A stretch of DNA of 64,000 nt, from contig OY969474.1 in assembly GCA_963700145.1 (NCBI GenBank), positions 2,944,001 to 3,008,000 of the forward strand, given 5' to 3'. This document shows positions 52,253 through 64,000 of the stretch, piece after piece (position 1 is the first letter of the stretch; each line of letters opens with the position of its first letter). The notes below the pieces were generated by a model. That model was not told the origin of the DNA. It saw only the letters and a program-made list of their open reading frames with translations, and made no database searches. Made by a program: the position numbers and the translations under genes. The DNA is from an uncultured Acidobacteriota bacterium (GTDB taxonomy: Bacteria > Acidobacteriota > Thermoanaerobaculia > Multivoradales > UBA5704).

Positions 52253-52951
52253 TCACACCTCCGCCGAAGGGCACAGTTCATTCACCACGCACCTCCCGCA
52301 CTCCGGCCGCCGCGCCTTGCACACGCTCCGCCCGTGGTAGATCAGCAGGTGCGACCAGAGCGTCCACTCCTCCTGCGGCACCAGCTCCATCAGATCGCGC
52401 TCGATCTTCTCCGGGTCCGTCTCGTCCGTCAGCCCCAGCCGCCGCGACAGCCGCTGCACGTGCGTGTCCACCACCACTCCGACGTTCTTGCCGAAGGCGT
52501 TGCCCAAGACCACGTTCGCCGTCTTCCGCCCCACCCCCGGCAGCGCGTGCAGCTCCTCCATCGTCGCCGGCACCTCGCCGCCGTGCTCGGCCACCAGCGC
52601 CTGCCCCAGCCCCTTCAGCGCCTTCGCCTTGTTGCGGAAGAACCCGGTCGTCTTGACCATCTCCTCGAGGTCGGCGAGCGGCGCCTCGGCGTAGTGCCGC
52701 GCGCTCGGGTAGCGGCGGAAGAGCGCCGGCGTCACCTCGTTGACCCGCTTGTCGGTGCACTGGGCGGAGAGGATCGTCGCCACCAGGAGCTCGAGCGGGT
52801 TGCGGTGATCGAGGGCGGTGCGGCTGTCGGGGTAGGCGGCGCGCAGGCGGGCGTCGATCTCGGCGGTGCGCAGGCGCTTGCCCCGCCGCGACTCCCGCCG
52901 CGCCTCGGCCGGCGTGATCCCGGCCCGCGCCTTCGCCCGCCGCGGCGCCAC
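52253..52951 (-). CDS. nth: Endonuclease III
   Basis: ILSAQCTDKRVN, LPGVGRKTANVV, VDTHV, C-X6-C-X2-C-X5-C. Confidence 0.96.
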   Translation of the reverse strand: MAPRRAKARAGITPAEARRESRRGKRLRTAEIDARLRAAYPDSRTALDHRNPLELLVATILSAQCTDKRVNEVTPALFRRYPSARHYAEAPLADLEEMVKTTGFFRNKAKALKGLGQALVAEHGGEVPATMEELHALPGVGRKTANVVLGNAFGKNVGVVVDTHVQRLSRRLGLTDETDPEKIERDLMELVPQEEWTLWSHLLIYHGRSVCKARRPECGRCVVNELCPSAEV

Positions 52952-52954
52952 CGC

Positions 52955-53302
52955 TCAGTCCTTGGCGAAGGCCGCCCGCACGACCCAGTTGCAGAGCGCG
53001 ATGATCAGCCCGCCGAGGATCGCCGGCAGGCAGCCGTCCACCGCCAGCTCGTCGAGGAAGGCGGCGGCGAGCCAGAGGATGAGGCCGTTGATCAGCAAAT
53101 AGAAGAGCCCGAGCGTCAGGACGATGAAGGGCAGCGAGAAGAAGGTGACGATCGGCTTGACCAGGAGGTTCAGCAGGCCGAGCACCAGCCCGGCCAAGAG
53201 CAGGTAGAGGAGGTCGCCGGTGTAGACGATCCCGGGCACCAGGCGCGCCGCCAGCCAGACGGCCGCGCCGTTCGCCAACACCTGGACGACGGCGCGGATC
53301 AA
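52955..53302 (-). CDS. Phage holin family 4-TM membrane protein (YvlD-like)
   Basis: GLLNLLVKP...SLP...LTLGLFYLLIN; TTG start overlapping the yqgE stop. Confidence 0.88.
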   Translation of the reverse strand: MIRAVVQVLANGAAVWLAARLVPGIVYTGDLLYLLLAGLVLGLLNLLVKPIVTFFSLPFIVLTLGLFYLLINGLILWLAAAFLDELAVDGCLPAILGGLIIALCNWVVRAAFAKD

Positions 53303-53901
53303 TTGGTCGTCTCCTCGCCCCCGCCGGCGGAAGGGAAGGAGGGGAGGGCGGCGGGATCGACCCCCACCGAGCGCAGGGCGTTGCTCCAGATGCGCTCGGG
53401 GTCGGGGCCGAAGATGAGGTCGTTGTCGACCGGCGCGGTGAGCCAGTCGTTGCGCAGGATCTCGTCGAGGAGCTGCCCGGCGCCCCAGCCGGCGTAGCCG
53501 AGGATCAGGCGGAAGCGGTCCGGCGGCTTCTCGGCCAGCTCGGAGAGGTCGCCGATGTGCTGGGTGATGGCGATCCCCGGCAGGATCCAGGAGGAGGTCT
53601 CGCCGAGCGCGTTGTCGCCGGCGCCGCCGTCCTCGGGGGTCCACAGGACGGTGCCGAGCTGCGGCTGCACCGGGCCGCCGAAGTAGGCCACCGCCTCGTC
53701 GCGGCCGCGCCAGGAGACCTCCATGCCGGAGAGGATCTCGCTCACCCGGATGCCGGTCGGGCGGTTGACGATGAAGCCGAAGCTGCCGCCGTCCTCGTGA
53801 TGGGCGAGCAGGACGACGCTGCGGTGGAAGAAGGGGTCGAGCACTTGGGGCATGGCCAGCAGCAGGACGGGGGCCGTCAGCTCCGACCCGGCGCTCGACA
53901 T
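53299..53901 (-). CDS. YqgE/AlgH family protein
   Basis: LLAMP..DPFFHRSVV, GFIVNRP, GGPV, GYAGWGAGQL. Confidence 0.93.
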   Translation of the reverse strand: MSSAGSELTAPVLLLAMPQVLDPFFHRSVVLLAHHEDGGSFGFIVNRPTGIRVSEILSGMEVSWRGRDEAVAYFGGPVQPQLGTVLWTPEDGGAGDNALGETSSWILPGIAITQHIGDLSELAEKPPDRFRLILGYAGWGAGQLLDEILRNDWLTAPVDNDLIFGPDPERIWSNALRSVGVDPAALPSFPSAGGGEETTN

Positions 53902-53947
53902 GCGCAGATCGTACTACCTCTAAACGCCCTCTGTTATCGTGCCCCGC

Positions 53948-56692
<2,745 letters not shown>

Positions 56693-56732
56693 AAACAAAA
56701 AGCCCCGCGCCGTGGAGGGAGACGACGCGGGG
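56693..56732 (-). terminator. Intrinsic terminator on the minus strand
   Basis: Minus strand CCCCGCGTCGT-CTCCCTCC-ACGGCGCGGGG then CTTTTTGTTTT; the G-U pair forms only on the minus strand. Confidence 0.75.
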
Positions 56733-56810
56733 GGAGGAGAGGGAGCTGATGGTGATTGCCGGAGCACTCGCTCCCGGGTCGGGCCCAACTCCCAGCAACC
56801 CGTCCCGCTA
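56693..56810 (-). ncRNA. Candidate small RNA
   Basis: Minus-strand terminator between two plus-strand genes; internal hairpins; CU-rich anti-SD-like tracts; promoter-like sequence at 56816-56841. Confidence 0.45.
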
Positions 56811-56830
56811 CGTTTAACCTACGGCAAACA

Positions 56831-58492
56831 TTGGAGATTCCCGGCCTACGGCGTCCTCGCGCGGGGGCGGAGCGTCCTCCGGAAGCGACGGCCCGCCTCC
56901 GCTCCCTGGGGCTCGCCCTCGGGCTCGCCGTCCTCACCGTCCTCGTCTTCGCGCCGGTCGTCGGGAACGACTTCGTCAGCCTCGACGACCCGGCCTACGT
57001 CACCGCCAACCGCCAGGTCCGGCGCGGGCTCACCGCCGAGGGCTTCGCCTGGGCCTGGGGCGCCGAGGTCGCCGCCAACTGGCACCCGCTGACCCTGCTC
57101 TCGCACATGCTCGACTGCGAGCTCTACGGCCTCTACCCGGGCGGCCACCACCTGACGAGCCTCCTCCTCCACGCCGCCAACGCGGTGCTGCTCTTCCTCG
57201 TCTGGCGGCGGCTGACCGGCGCCGCCGCGCGCAGCGCCGTCGTCGCCTCCCTCTTCGCGGTCCACCCGCTGCACGTCGAGTCGGTGGCCTGGATCGCCGA
57301 GCGCAAGGACGTCCTCAGCGGCTTCTTCTTCCTCCTGACGCTCGCCGCCTGGCTCGGCTGGGTGCGCCGGCCGACGACGCGCCGTTACCTGCTTGCCCTG
57401 CTCGCCTTTTTGCTGGGGCTGCTCGCCAAGCCGATGCTCGTCACCGTGCCGTTCGTCCTCCTGCTGCTCGACGTCTGGCCGCTCGAGCGCCTGCCGCGCG
57501 GCGCGCCGGCCGCGGAGATCCGGCGCGCTCTCGGCCGGCTGGTGCGCGAGAAGCTGCCGTTCTTCCTCGCCGCCCTGGCCGCCGGCGTCGTGACGCTTTT
57601 CACCCAGCGCGAGGCGATGTTCCCGCTCGCCGCGCTGCCCCCCGCGCAGCGCGCCGCCAACGCCCTGCTCGCCTACGCCGCCTATCTCGGCGACACGCTC
57701 TGGCCGCGCGGCCTCGCCGTCTTCTACCCGCTGCCGCCGGCCCAGCCGGCCTGGCGCGTGGCGCTGGCGGCGGCGCTCTTCGCCGCGCTGACTGCCCTGG
57801 CGCTGGCGCGCCTCCGCCGCTCGCCCTGGCTGGCGGTGGGCTGGCTCTGGTTCGCCGGCATGCTGGTGCCGGTGATCGGGTTGCTGCAGGTGGGGAGCCA
57901 AGGGCGGGCCGACCGTTACACCTACCTGCCGTCGATCGGGCTCTTCGTCGCCGTGGTCTGGGAGGTGTGTGCGCTGGTGCGGCGAAGAGAACGCCCGGCA
58001 CGTAGGCCGGGCGCTACGAGGGCGGTGCTCGCCGCGGCGGCGCTGCTCGTCATCGCTTCGCTCGCCGTCGCCGCACGCGCGCAGGTCGCCACCTGGCGCG
58101 ACAGCCTGACGCTCTTCCGGCACGCCCTCGCGGTGACCGAGCGCAACCTGCTGGCGGAGATGCGGGTGGGGACGGAGCTGGCGCGCCGCGGCGACCACGC
58201 CGGGGCCGAGCGGCACCTGCGCGCGGCGGTGCGCATCGCCCCCGGCGCGCCGCGCCCGCAGGCCGCGCTCGGCCGCTGGCTCCACGAGCGCGGCCGCCCG
58301 GGGGAGGCGCTGCCGCACTTGCGGCAGGCGTCGCGGCTGCGGCCGCGCGACGCCCGCCTCCAGCTGCGGCTGGGCATCGTCCTCGCCGAGCTGGGGCGCA
58401 CGGAGGAGGCGCGCGCGCGCTTCCGGCGGGCGCTCGAGCTCAACCCCGGCCTCGAAGGCGCGCGGCGCAGGCTTGCCGCGCTCGACCGCTAG
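56831..58492 (+). CDS. TMTC-like GT-C membrane protein with C-terminal TPRs (start uncertain)
   Basis: DFVSLDDPAYV, NWHPLT, HPLHVESVAWIAERKD, ADRYTYLP, TPR repeats. Confidence 0.88.
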   Translation: MEIPGLRRPRAGAERPPEATARLRSLGLALGLAVLTVLVFAPVVGNDFVSLDDPAYVTANRQVRRGLTAEGFAWAWGAEVAANWHPLTLLSHMLDCELYGLYPGGHHLTSLLLHAANAVLLFLVWRRLTGAAARSAVVASLFAVHPLHVESVAWIAERKDVLSGFFFLLTLAAWLGWVRRPTTRRYLLALLAFLLGLLAKPMLVTVPFVLLLLDVWPLERLPRGAPAAEIRRALGRLVREKLPFFLAALAAGVVTLFTQREAMFPLAALPPAQRAANALLAYAAYLGDTLWPRGLAVFYPLPPAQPAWRVALAAALFAALTALALARLRRSPWLAVGWLWFAGMLVPVIGLLQVGSQGRADRYTYLPSIGLFVAVVWEVCALVRRRERPARRPGATRAVLAAAALLVIASLAVAARAQVATWRDSLTLFRHALAVTERNLLAEMRVGTELARRGDHAGAERHLRAAVRIAPGAPRPQAALGRWLHERGRPGEALPHLRQASRLRPRDARLQLRLGIVLAELGRTEEARARFRRALELNPGLEGARRRLAALDR

Positions 58493-58504
58493 AATCGCCG
58501 GCCG

Positions 58505-59479
58505 ATGCGCGTCTTTTTGACCGGCGGCACCGGCTACATCGGGAAGGCCCTCTGCCACCGCCTCGTCGAGACCGGCCACGAGGTGCGCGCCCTGGTGCGG
58601 CCGACGAGCGACGCCGCGCCGCTCGCCGCGCTCGGCATCGCCACCTTCCGCGGCGACGTCACCGACCGCGCCTCGATGCGCGAGGGGATGTCGGGCGCCG
58701 ACTGGGTGGTCCACGCCGCGGCCGAGCTCGACGTGCGCGCCCCCGAGGAGCGGATGCGCCGCGTCAACGTCGAAGGGAGCGAGAACGTCGCCTCGCTCGC
58801 CCACAAGCTGGGCGTCGGGCGCTTCCTTTCGGTCTCCTCGATCGCCTACTTCGGCGGCAGCCCGGCGGACGGCGCCGCCGCGGACGAGACCGCCCGGCCG
58901 CTCACCCCCTTCCCCAGCCCCTACAGCGCCACCAAGCACGCCGCCGAGCGCGCGGTCCAGGAGTGGGGCAAACGCGGCCTGCGCGTCAACACCGTCTACC
59001 CGAGCCTGGTCTACGGCCCGCCGGGCAAGCGCGAGGGCGCCAACGCCATCCTGCGGCAGATCATCCGGCGGCGGCTGCCGGCGGTGGTCGGCGGCGACCG
59101 CCGCACGAGCTGGGTCTTCCTCGACGACGTGGTGGACGGCATCGCGCGGGTGATGGAGCGCGCCGCGCCGGGGCGCGACTACGTCCTGGCCGGCGAGATC
59201 GTGCGGCTGCGCGACCTCGTGCGGCGCGTCTGCGCGCTGGCCGGCGTGGCGCCGCCACGCCGCGAGCTGCCGGTCGGGCTGGTGCGCGCCGGCGTCGCGG
59301 TGACCGCCCCGCTCTTCCGTCTCGCCGGACGGCGGCCGCCGTTCCAGCCGTCGCAGATCAGCAGCCTCGCCCGCCACTGGGCCTTCGACGACACCCGCGC
59401 CCGCCGCGAGCTGGAGTGGCGGCCGCGGGGCCTCGACGAGGGGCTGCCGCCGACGGTTGTGTTCCTGCAGGCGAACTAG
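58505..59479 (+). CDS. NAD-dependent epimerase/dehydratase (HpnA/DFR-like)
   Basis: TGGTGYIG, HAAA, YSATK. Confidence 0.92.
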   Translation: MRVFLTGGTGYIGKALCHRLVETGHEVRALVRPTSDAAPLAALGIATFRGDVTDRASMREGMSGADWVVHAAAELDVRAPEERMRRVNVEGSENVASLAHKLGVGRFLSVSSIAYFGGSPADGAAADETARPLTPFPSPYSATKHAAERAVQEWGKRGLRVNTVYPSLVYGPPGKREGANAILRQIIRRRLPAVVGGDRRTSWVFLDDVVDGIARVMERAAPGRDYVLAGEIVRLRDLVRRVCALAGVAPPRRELPVGLVRAGVAVTAPLFRLAGRRPPFQPSQISSLARHWAFDDTRARRELEWRPRGLDEGLPPTVVFLQAN

Positions 59480-59523
59480 GGCGGAGACGAGCCGCCCGTA
59501 ACGGGCGGAGGCAAGCTCCGCCC
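59479..59523. repeat. Nested palindrome, REP doublet or terminator-like
   Basis: GGGCGGAG...CCGCCCGT-A-ACGGGCGG...CTCCGCCC. Confidence 0.55.
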
Positions 59524-59905
59524 CAGTAGCTTCCCGGTGCGTACTGGCAAGACAACGCTGGTAGAGCGGGAGAAGCGGCGCCGCGCTGCGCGGATCGAAG
59601 ACCTGCACGAGCCGCGGCGCGGTCCCCGGCCGCTCGGAGCGGAAGTACCAGAACGCGCCGTCGCCCGAGCATTGGTCGAAGAGGTAGAGGTGCGCCTCTC
59701 CTCAGACTCGGTGGTTTCTTGTCGGTCCTCAGAGTCGTCCCAGGAGGCCACGACCAGCCTTGCGGGCCCTTAGATGGCCGAGTTCAAACAGACAAGCGCC
59801 CGGTACCAAAGCTCGACTCTCCTAGTTGACAAGGCTCGATCTGCGATGCAACCCTTGGATTGCGCCGTCAGTGACGCCTCAACGCTATGTGGTAGAGGAG
59901 CTGCC

Positions 59906-60094
59906 ATGAAATCGATCCGAATTGCTTTCGTGCCTCTCGGAAAACGCGACGACGATGAAATCGACTCGATCCTTGCCGAGCTCAGGAGTGGAGATCTCAG
60001 TGTGAAGGACTATCGCCTCGTCGACCGAGAGCGCCTCCTCTTTGAGGTAGACCTAGAAGCCAGATCCCAGATCGTGCCTCACCTCCTGGACTAG
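59906..60094 (+). CDS. Small hypothetical protein (62 aa)
   Basis: AGAGGAG SD before MKSIRIAFVPLG; lower-GC islet. Confidence 0.5.
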   Translation: MKSIRIAFVPLGKRDDDEIDSILAELRSGDLSVKDYRLVDRERLLFEVDLEARSQIVPHLLD

Positions 60095-60369
60095 CCGCTC
60101 GATGGAGGCTCGCCACGAATGCGACCTCAGGCTGCACTCTCACTCGGTCTCCTGGTTTTCTTGCTTTCGTGCAACCCCCACACACAAGATCGGGCCTCCT
60201 CAAGCACCACGGCTGAGCAGGCGTTCGCACGCAAGAGAGCCTGCTATCAGCTGGGCCAAGCGCGACTCGCCAAAGACCAAGCTGACGACCCCGGCCCCGG
60301 CATCCTGATCGACGGGGAGTGGTGTTACCAAAAGACTCTCAATACTTGTATCTACGCAAGCCAGCGGCA

Positions 60370-61828
60370 GGGGTTGTCCCTCCCGCTGTTGAAAGAGCAA
60401 TGAGGTGAAGGCGGCTCCTCGGCCCACCTGATCGAGAATCGGGTTGGTCGAATAACCGGCCCCGCCAGGGGGCCAAGGAGCCGTGATGAAGACGAGAGCA
60501 GAAAGGCGGGTGGTGTGGCAAGGGGGCCGTGCGGCGCGCATCAGCCACGGGCTACAAGCGCTGCTGCGGCCGATGGTCGAGGGCATCGAGGCCAGCCGCC
60601 AGGGGCTGCTGGAGCTGTTTCACGCCGCGGGCGTCGAGGCCCTGGGGCGGCAGCTCGCGGACGAGGTCGAGGCCGTCGTCGGTCCGAAGCGTCGGCGCAA
60701 TCCGACCCGCGAGGCGTACCGCTGGGGCTCGACGGCGAGCGAGTTCGTGCTGGGTGGCCGCCAGGTGGCGCTGCCGCGACCGCGCGTCCGGCGACGCGAC
60801 GGTGGCGAGATGAGCTTGCCTTCGGTGCGCGCCTTTCAGGACGAAGATCCCTTCACGGAGCGGGTGATCGAGCAGGCGCTGGTCGGCGTCTCGCAGCGCT
60901 GCTACGGTCGGAGCTTGGAGCCGCTCGCAGAGTCGGTGCCGGAGCGCGCGACGAGCAAGAGTGCGGTCCAGCGCCGGCTGGTGGCGGGGACGCGTCGTCT
61001 GCTGGGCGCGTGGCTGCGCCGAGACCTGTCGGACTTCCAGCCCCTGATCCTGATGATCGACGGGCTGGAGGTGGCCGGCCACACCCTGGTGGTGGCACTC
61101 GGCATCGCGCGCGACGGGACCAAGCGGGTGCTCGGCCTGCGTGAAGGCGCGACGGAGAACGCGGCGCTCTGTACCGGCCTGCTCCAGGAGCTGTTGGAGC
61201 GAGGCCTCGCGATGCCGCCGCGCTTCTTGGCGGTGCTCGACGGCGGCAAGGGGCTGCGCAAGGCCGTGCGCGCCGTCTTCGGGGACGCAACCCACGTCCA
61301 GCGCTGCCAGCTCCACAAGCGCCGCAACGTCCGCGACCACCTGCCCAAGCAGCTCCAAGCCCGGGTCGACCGCCTGATGGTCGAGGCCTACCAGAGCGCT
61401 CGCTTCGACCTCGCCAAGCGTCGCCTCGAGCAGCTTGCCCGCTGGCTCGAGCACGCAGGCCACGCGGGCGCCGCGGGCAGCCTGCGCGAGGGCCTCGACG
61501 AGACCCTCACCGCCTTGCGGCTGAAGCTGCCCGACGCTCTGCGCCGGTTGCTCGCCTCGACCAACGCGATCGAGAACACGATCGGCTCGATCCGTACGAC
61601 GACGCGCAACGTCAAGCGCTGGCGCGGCGGCGACATGGTGCTGCGCTGGGTCGCCCTGGCGCTGTGTGACGCGGAGGCTGGCTTCCGGCGTGTCAAGGGA
61701 CATCGGCACCTCGGGGCTCTCGAGCTCGCGCTCGCGGCGATCGAGGAACCGACGAACACCAAGGCCGTGGCATGATCAACCGAGCCGCTTTCCCTCTTTC
61801 GGCTTTCAACAGGGAACGGGGCATCCCC
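60370..61828 (+). mobile_element. IS256-family insertion sequence, 1459 bp
   Basis: IRs GGGGTTGTCCCTCCCGCTGTTGAAAG / GGGGATGCCCCGTTCCCTGTTGAAAG (20/26); 8-bp direct repeat CAGCGGCA (60362-60369, 61829-61836). Confidence 0.93.
60483..61775 (+). CDS. IS256/Mutator-family transposase
   Basis: LMIDG, VLDGGKGL, QRCQLHKRRN, STNAIE. Confidence 0.95.
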   Translation: MMKTRAERRVVWQGGRAARISHGLQALLRPMVEGIEASRQGLLELFHAAGVEALGRQLADEVEAVVGPKRRRNPTREAYRWGSTASEFVLGGRQVALPRPRVRRRDGGEMSLPSVRAFQDEDPFTERVIEQALVGVSQRCYGRSLEPLAESVPERATSKSAVQRRLVAGTRRLLGAWLRRDLSDFQPLILMIDGLEVAGHTLVVALGIARDGTKRVLGLREGATENAALCTGLLQELLERGLAMPPRFLAVLDGGKGLRKAVRAVFGDATHVQRCQLHKRRNVRDHLPKQLQARVDRLMVEAYQSARFDLAKRRLEQLARWLEHAGHAGAAGSLREGLDETLTALRLKLPDALRRLLASTNAIENTIGSIRTTTRNVKRWRGGDMVLRWVALALCDAEAGFRRVKGHRHLGALELALAAIEEPTNTKAVA

Positions 61829-62026
61829 CAGCGGCACGACATTCGATTCGAGCATGTCGGTCTCTTCTTCACGACGGTAGACCTCCTTACAAACCACAAC
61901 CTGCTTGTGTACTCCAACCAGGAGCCATCCGACGATCGCGCGTTGCAGCGGTACAACCACCAGCGAAAAGAGCTCTTTGCTCACTGCGAATAGAGAGCCT
62001 TACCGGTTCGGGGTGGGCACTTTCGC

Positions 62027-62055
62027 TTGACTCCCCTGCCGCGGCGCGGCACGAT
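62027..62055 (+). promoter_or_regulatory. Sigma70-type promoter for queD
   Basis: TTGACT-17 bp-CACGAT, 10 nt before the ATG at 62066. Confidence 0.5.
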
Positions 62056-62065
62056 GCCCGCCGCG

Positions 62066-62440
62066 ATGCACACGGTGTTCAAGGACTTCCAGTTCGCCGC
62101 CGCGCACGCGATCCGCGGCCACACCCGCGGCTGCGAGAACCTGCACGGCCACAACTACCGGGTGCGGGTGCACGTCGCGGCGGACCAGCTCGACGAGCTC
62201 GGCATGGTGCTCGATTTCGCCGACCTCAAGGCGGTGGTGCAGGAGGTCCTGGGGCCCTTCGACCACCGGGTGATCAACGACATCCCGCCGTTCGACCGGC
62301 GCAACACGACCGCCGAGCTGCTCGCCGAGTTCGTCTACCAGGAGGTCGGGCGGCGGCTGGCGGCGACCGAGCGGGTGCGGGTGGCGCGCGTCGAGGTGTG
62401 GGAGAACGAGACCGCCTGCGCCGTCTACGAGCCCTCCTGA
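62066..62440 (+). CDS. queD: 6-carboxytetrahydropterin synthase
   Basis: FAAAH, CENLHGHNY, GMVLDF, FDH, TAE, VWENE. Confidence 0.93.
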   Translation: MHTVFKDFQFAAAHAIRGHTRGCENLHGHNYRVRVHVAADQLDELGMVLDFADLKAVVQEVLGPFDHRVINDIPPFDRRNTTAELLAEFVYQEVGRRLAATERVRVARVEVWENETACAVYEPS

Positions 62441-62528
62441 GGCCAACCCTGAGGTAGACTCGGCGGCTCGAAAACCCCGCGCTTAGGCCCTGCGTACACC
62501 TCGCGGCCGGCGGAACCGAAAAAAGGAC

Positions 62529-63752
62529 ATGGCGAGCGACAAGAGCGCGATCGAAGGCCTGCGGATCGACCGCGGCCCGGAGGAGGCGACGGAGTCCCGC
62601 CGCGGGCGGTGGATCGCCCTGGCGGTGGCGGTCCTGCTCGTCGGCAGCGGTCTCTGGCTCTGGCTCGGGCGCTCGCGCGCCGCGCCGGTGCGGGTGGCCG
62701 AGGCGGTCGCGGTCTCCGGCGGCGCCACCCCGGGCGCCGTGCTCAACGCCTCGGGCTACGTCACCGCCCGCCGCCAGGCGACGGTCTCCTCGAAGGTGAC
62801 CGGCAAGGTGATCGAGGTGCTGGTCGAGGAGGGGATGGTGGTCGAGGAGGGGCAGGTGCTGGCCCGCCTCGACCCCTCGACCGTCGAGCGCACCCTCTCG
62901 CTCACCCGCGCCGAGCTCTCCTCCGCCCGCCAGGCGCTCGACGAGACCCGCGTCCGCCTGCACGAGGCGGAGCTCAACCTGCGCCGCGCCCGCCGGCTCG
63001 CCGAGGAGAAGGTGGTCTCGCAGTCCGAGGTGGACGCCGCCGAGGCGGAGGTCGGCTCGCTGCGCGCCCGCCTCGACGTCGGCCGCGAGCAGGTGACGGT
63101 GGCCGACCGGGTGGTGGCGCTCCGCCGCCAGGACCTCGACGACACGGTGATCCGCGCCCCGTTCAGCGGCGTCGCGGTGACCAAGGACGCGCAGCCGGGG
63201 GAGATGATCTCGCCGGTCTCGGCCGGCGGCGGCTTCACCCGCACCGGCATCTGCACGCTGGTGGACATGACCTCGCTGGAGATCGAGGTGGACGTCAACG
63301 AGGCCTACATCGGCCGCGTGCGTCCCGGCCAGCCGGCCGAGGCGGTGCTCGACGCCTACCCGGAGTGGCGCATCCCGGCGCGCGTCATCATCACGGTGCC
63401 GGCGGCCGACCGGCAGAAGGCGACGGTGAAGGTCCGTCTGGCGTTCGACCAGCTCGACCCGCGCATCCTGCCCGACATGGGGGTCAAGGTCGCCTTTCTC
63501 GGCGACGAGGCGCAGGCGGCCGCTCCGGGCAAGCCCGCGGTGCGCGTGCCGCGCGAGGCGGTGCGCGGCGACCAGGCGAGCCCGGTCGTCTTCGTCGTCG
63601 AGGACGACACGGTCGAGCGCCGGGCGGTGCGGCTCGGCCCCGCCCCGGGCGAGCAGGTCGAGGTGCTGGCCGGGCTCGCCGGCGGCGAGAAGGTGGTCGT
63701 CGAAGGGCCGCGCGAGCTGGCCGACGGCGACCGCGTCAGAGTCAGGGAGTAG
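62529..63752 (+). CDS. Efflux periplasmic adaptor (MacA/HlyD-like)
   Basis: N-terminal TM, lipoyl halves VEEG..V..GQVLARLD and IRAPFSG, alpha hairpin. Confidence 0.93.
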   Translation: MASDKSAIEGLRIDRGPEEATESRRGRWIALAVAVLLVGSGLWLWLGRSRAAPVRVAEAVAVSGGATPGAVLNASGYVTARRQATVSSKVTGKVIEVLVEEGMVVEEGQVLARLDPSTVERTLSLTRAELSSARQALDETRVRLHEAELNLRRARRLAEEKVVSQSEVDAAEAEVGSLRARLDVGREQVTVADRVVALRRQDLDDTVIRAPFSGVAVTKDAQPGEMISPVSAGGGFTRTGICTLVDMTSLEIEVDVNEAYIGRVRPGQPAEAVLDAYPEWRIPARVIITVPAADRQKATVKVRLAFDQLDPRILPDMGVKVAFLGDEAQAAAPGKPAVRVPREAVRGDQASPVVFVVEDDTVERRAVRLGPAPGEQVEVLAGLAGGEKVVVEGPRELADGDRVRVRE

Positions 63753-63788
63753 CGCCCGGTCTACGCACCGGGCGTCTTTGGAGGAGAA

Positions 63789-64000
63789 ATGAACGGCAAC
63801 GGCGCGCTGGTCCAAGTCCGGGACGTCCACAAGGTCTTCCGCCGCGGCGAGGAGCGGATCGAGGTGCTCAACGGCCTCTCGCTCGACGTCGCGCCGGGGG
63901 AGTTCCTGGCCCTGATGGGCCCCTCCGGGTCGGGGAAATCGACTCTGCTCAACCTGATCGGCGGCCTCGACCGCCCGACGCAGGGCGCGATCCGCGTCGG
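63789..64000 (+). CDS. ABC transporter ATP-binding protein (MacB/LolD-like), 3'-truncated
   Basis: GGAGGAG SD; [21 protein letters not shown]. Confidence 0.93.
   Translation, partial: MNGNGALVQVRDVHKVFRRGEERIEVLNGLSLDVAPGEFLALMGPSGSGKSTLLNLIGGLDRPTQGAIRV

Larger units (their letters stand above)
60119..61993 (+). pseudogene. 135-aa Cys-rich lipoprotein gene split by IS256
   Basis: Joining 60119-60369 to 61837-61993 gives a continuous 408-nt ORF (...TCIYASQR-HDIRFEHVG...FAHCE*); lipobox LLSC. Confidence 0.85.

Noticed and set aside
52955-53302. Prophage suggested by the holin-family gene
   Set aside because: YvlD-like genes are common chromosomal genes; no phage genes nearby
59537-59773. 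ORF beginning MRTGKTTL as an ATPase remnant
   Set aside because: Incomplete Walker A context and no further motifs
61772-61993. 73-aa ORF after the IS256 transposase as an independent gene
   Set aside because: It is the IS right end fused to the C-terminal half of the interrupted lipoprotein
62066-62440. queD as part of a 7-deazaguanine DNA-modification (Dpd) system with the methyltransferase
   Set aside because: 60 kb apart and no dpdA/tgt-like or other que genes nearby; likely housekeeping queuosine synthesis

Overview
Very GC-rich bacterial chromosome segment; gene content and style suggest Acidobacteriota, possibly Thermoanaerobaculia-like (inference). From left to right: the 3' part of a large DNA methyltransferase; a 21-bp tandem array split by an IS3-family element; an MFS transporter, a lipoprotein, a GT-C glycosyltransferase and an outer-membrane protein; a probable unannotated exported selenoprotein (in-frame TGA in a U-W-I-C motif) abutting a 20-kb stand-alone hybrid NRPS-PKS, (C-A-T)x5-KS-AT-ACP-TE, with manually read specificities Val-Ala-Leu-[Lys2-like, Aad/Glu]-[Cys-like]-malonyl; waaA-lpxK-lpxL; an ECF sigma/anti-sigma pair heading a T2SS/type IV pilus-like operon; dut; two convergent alkaline-phosphatase-superfamily genes separated by a second 21-bp-periodic element with terminal inverted repeats; cytochrome c, SDR, nth, yqgE, acnA; a candidate sRNA; a lower-GC islet in which an IS256-family element splits a lipoprotein gene; queD and the start of an ABC efflux operon. 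The best candidate for a new system is the selenoprotein plus NRPS-PKS unit, which may make a gamma-Glu-Cys/ACV-like thiol peptide. All assignments are by eye from motifs; no database searches were run.
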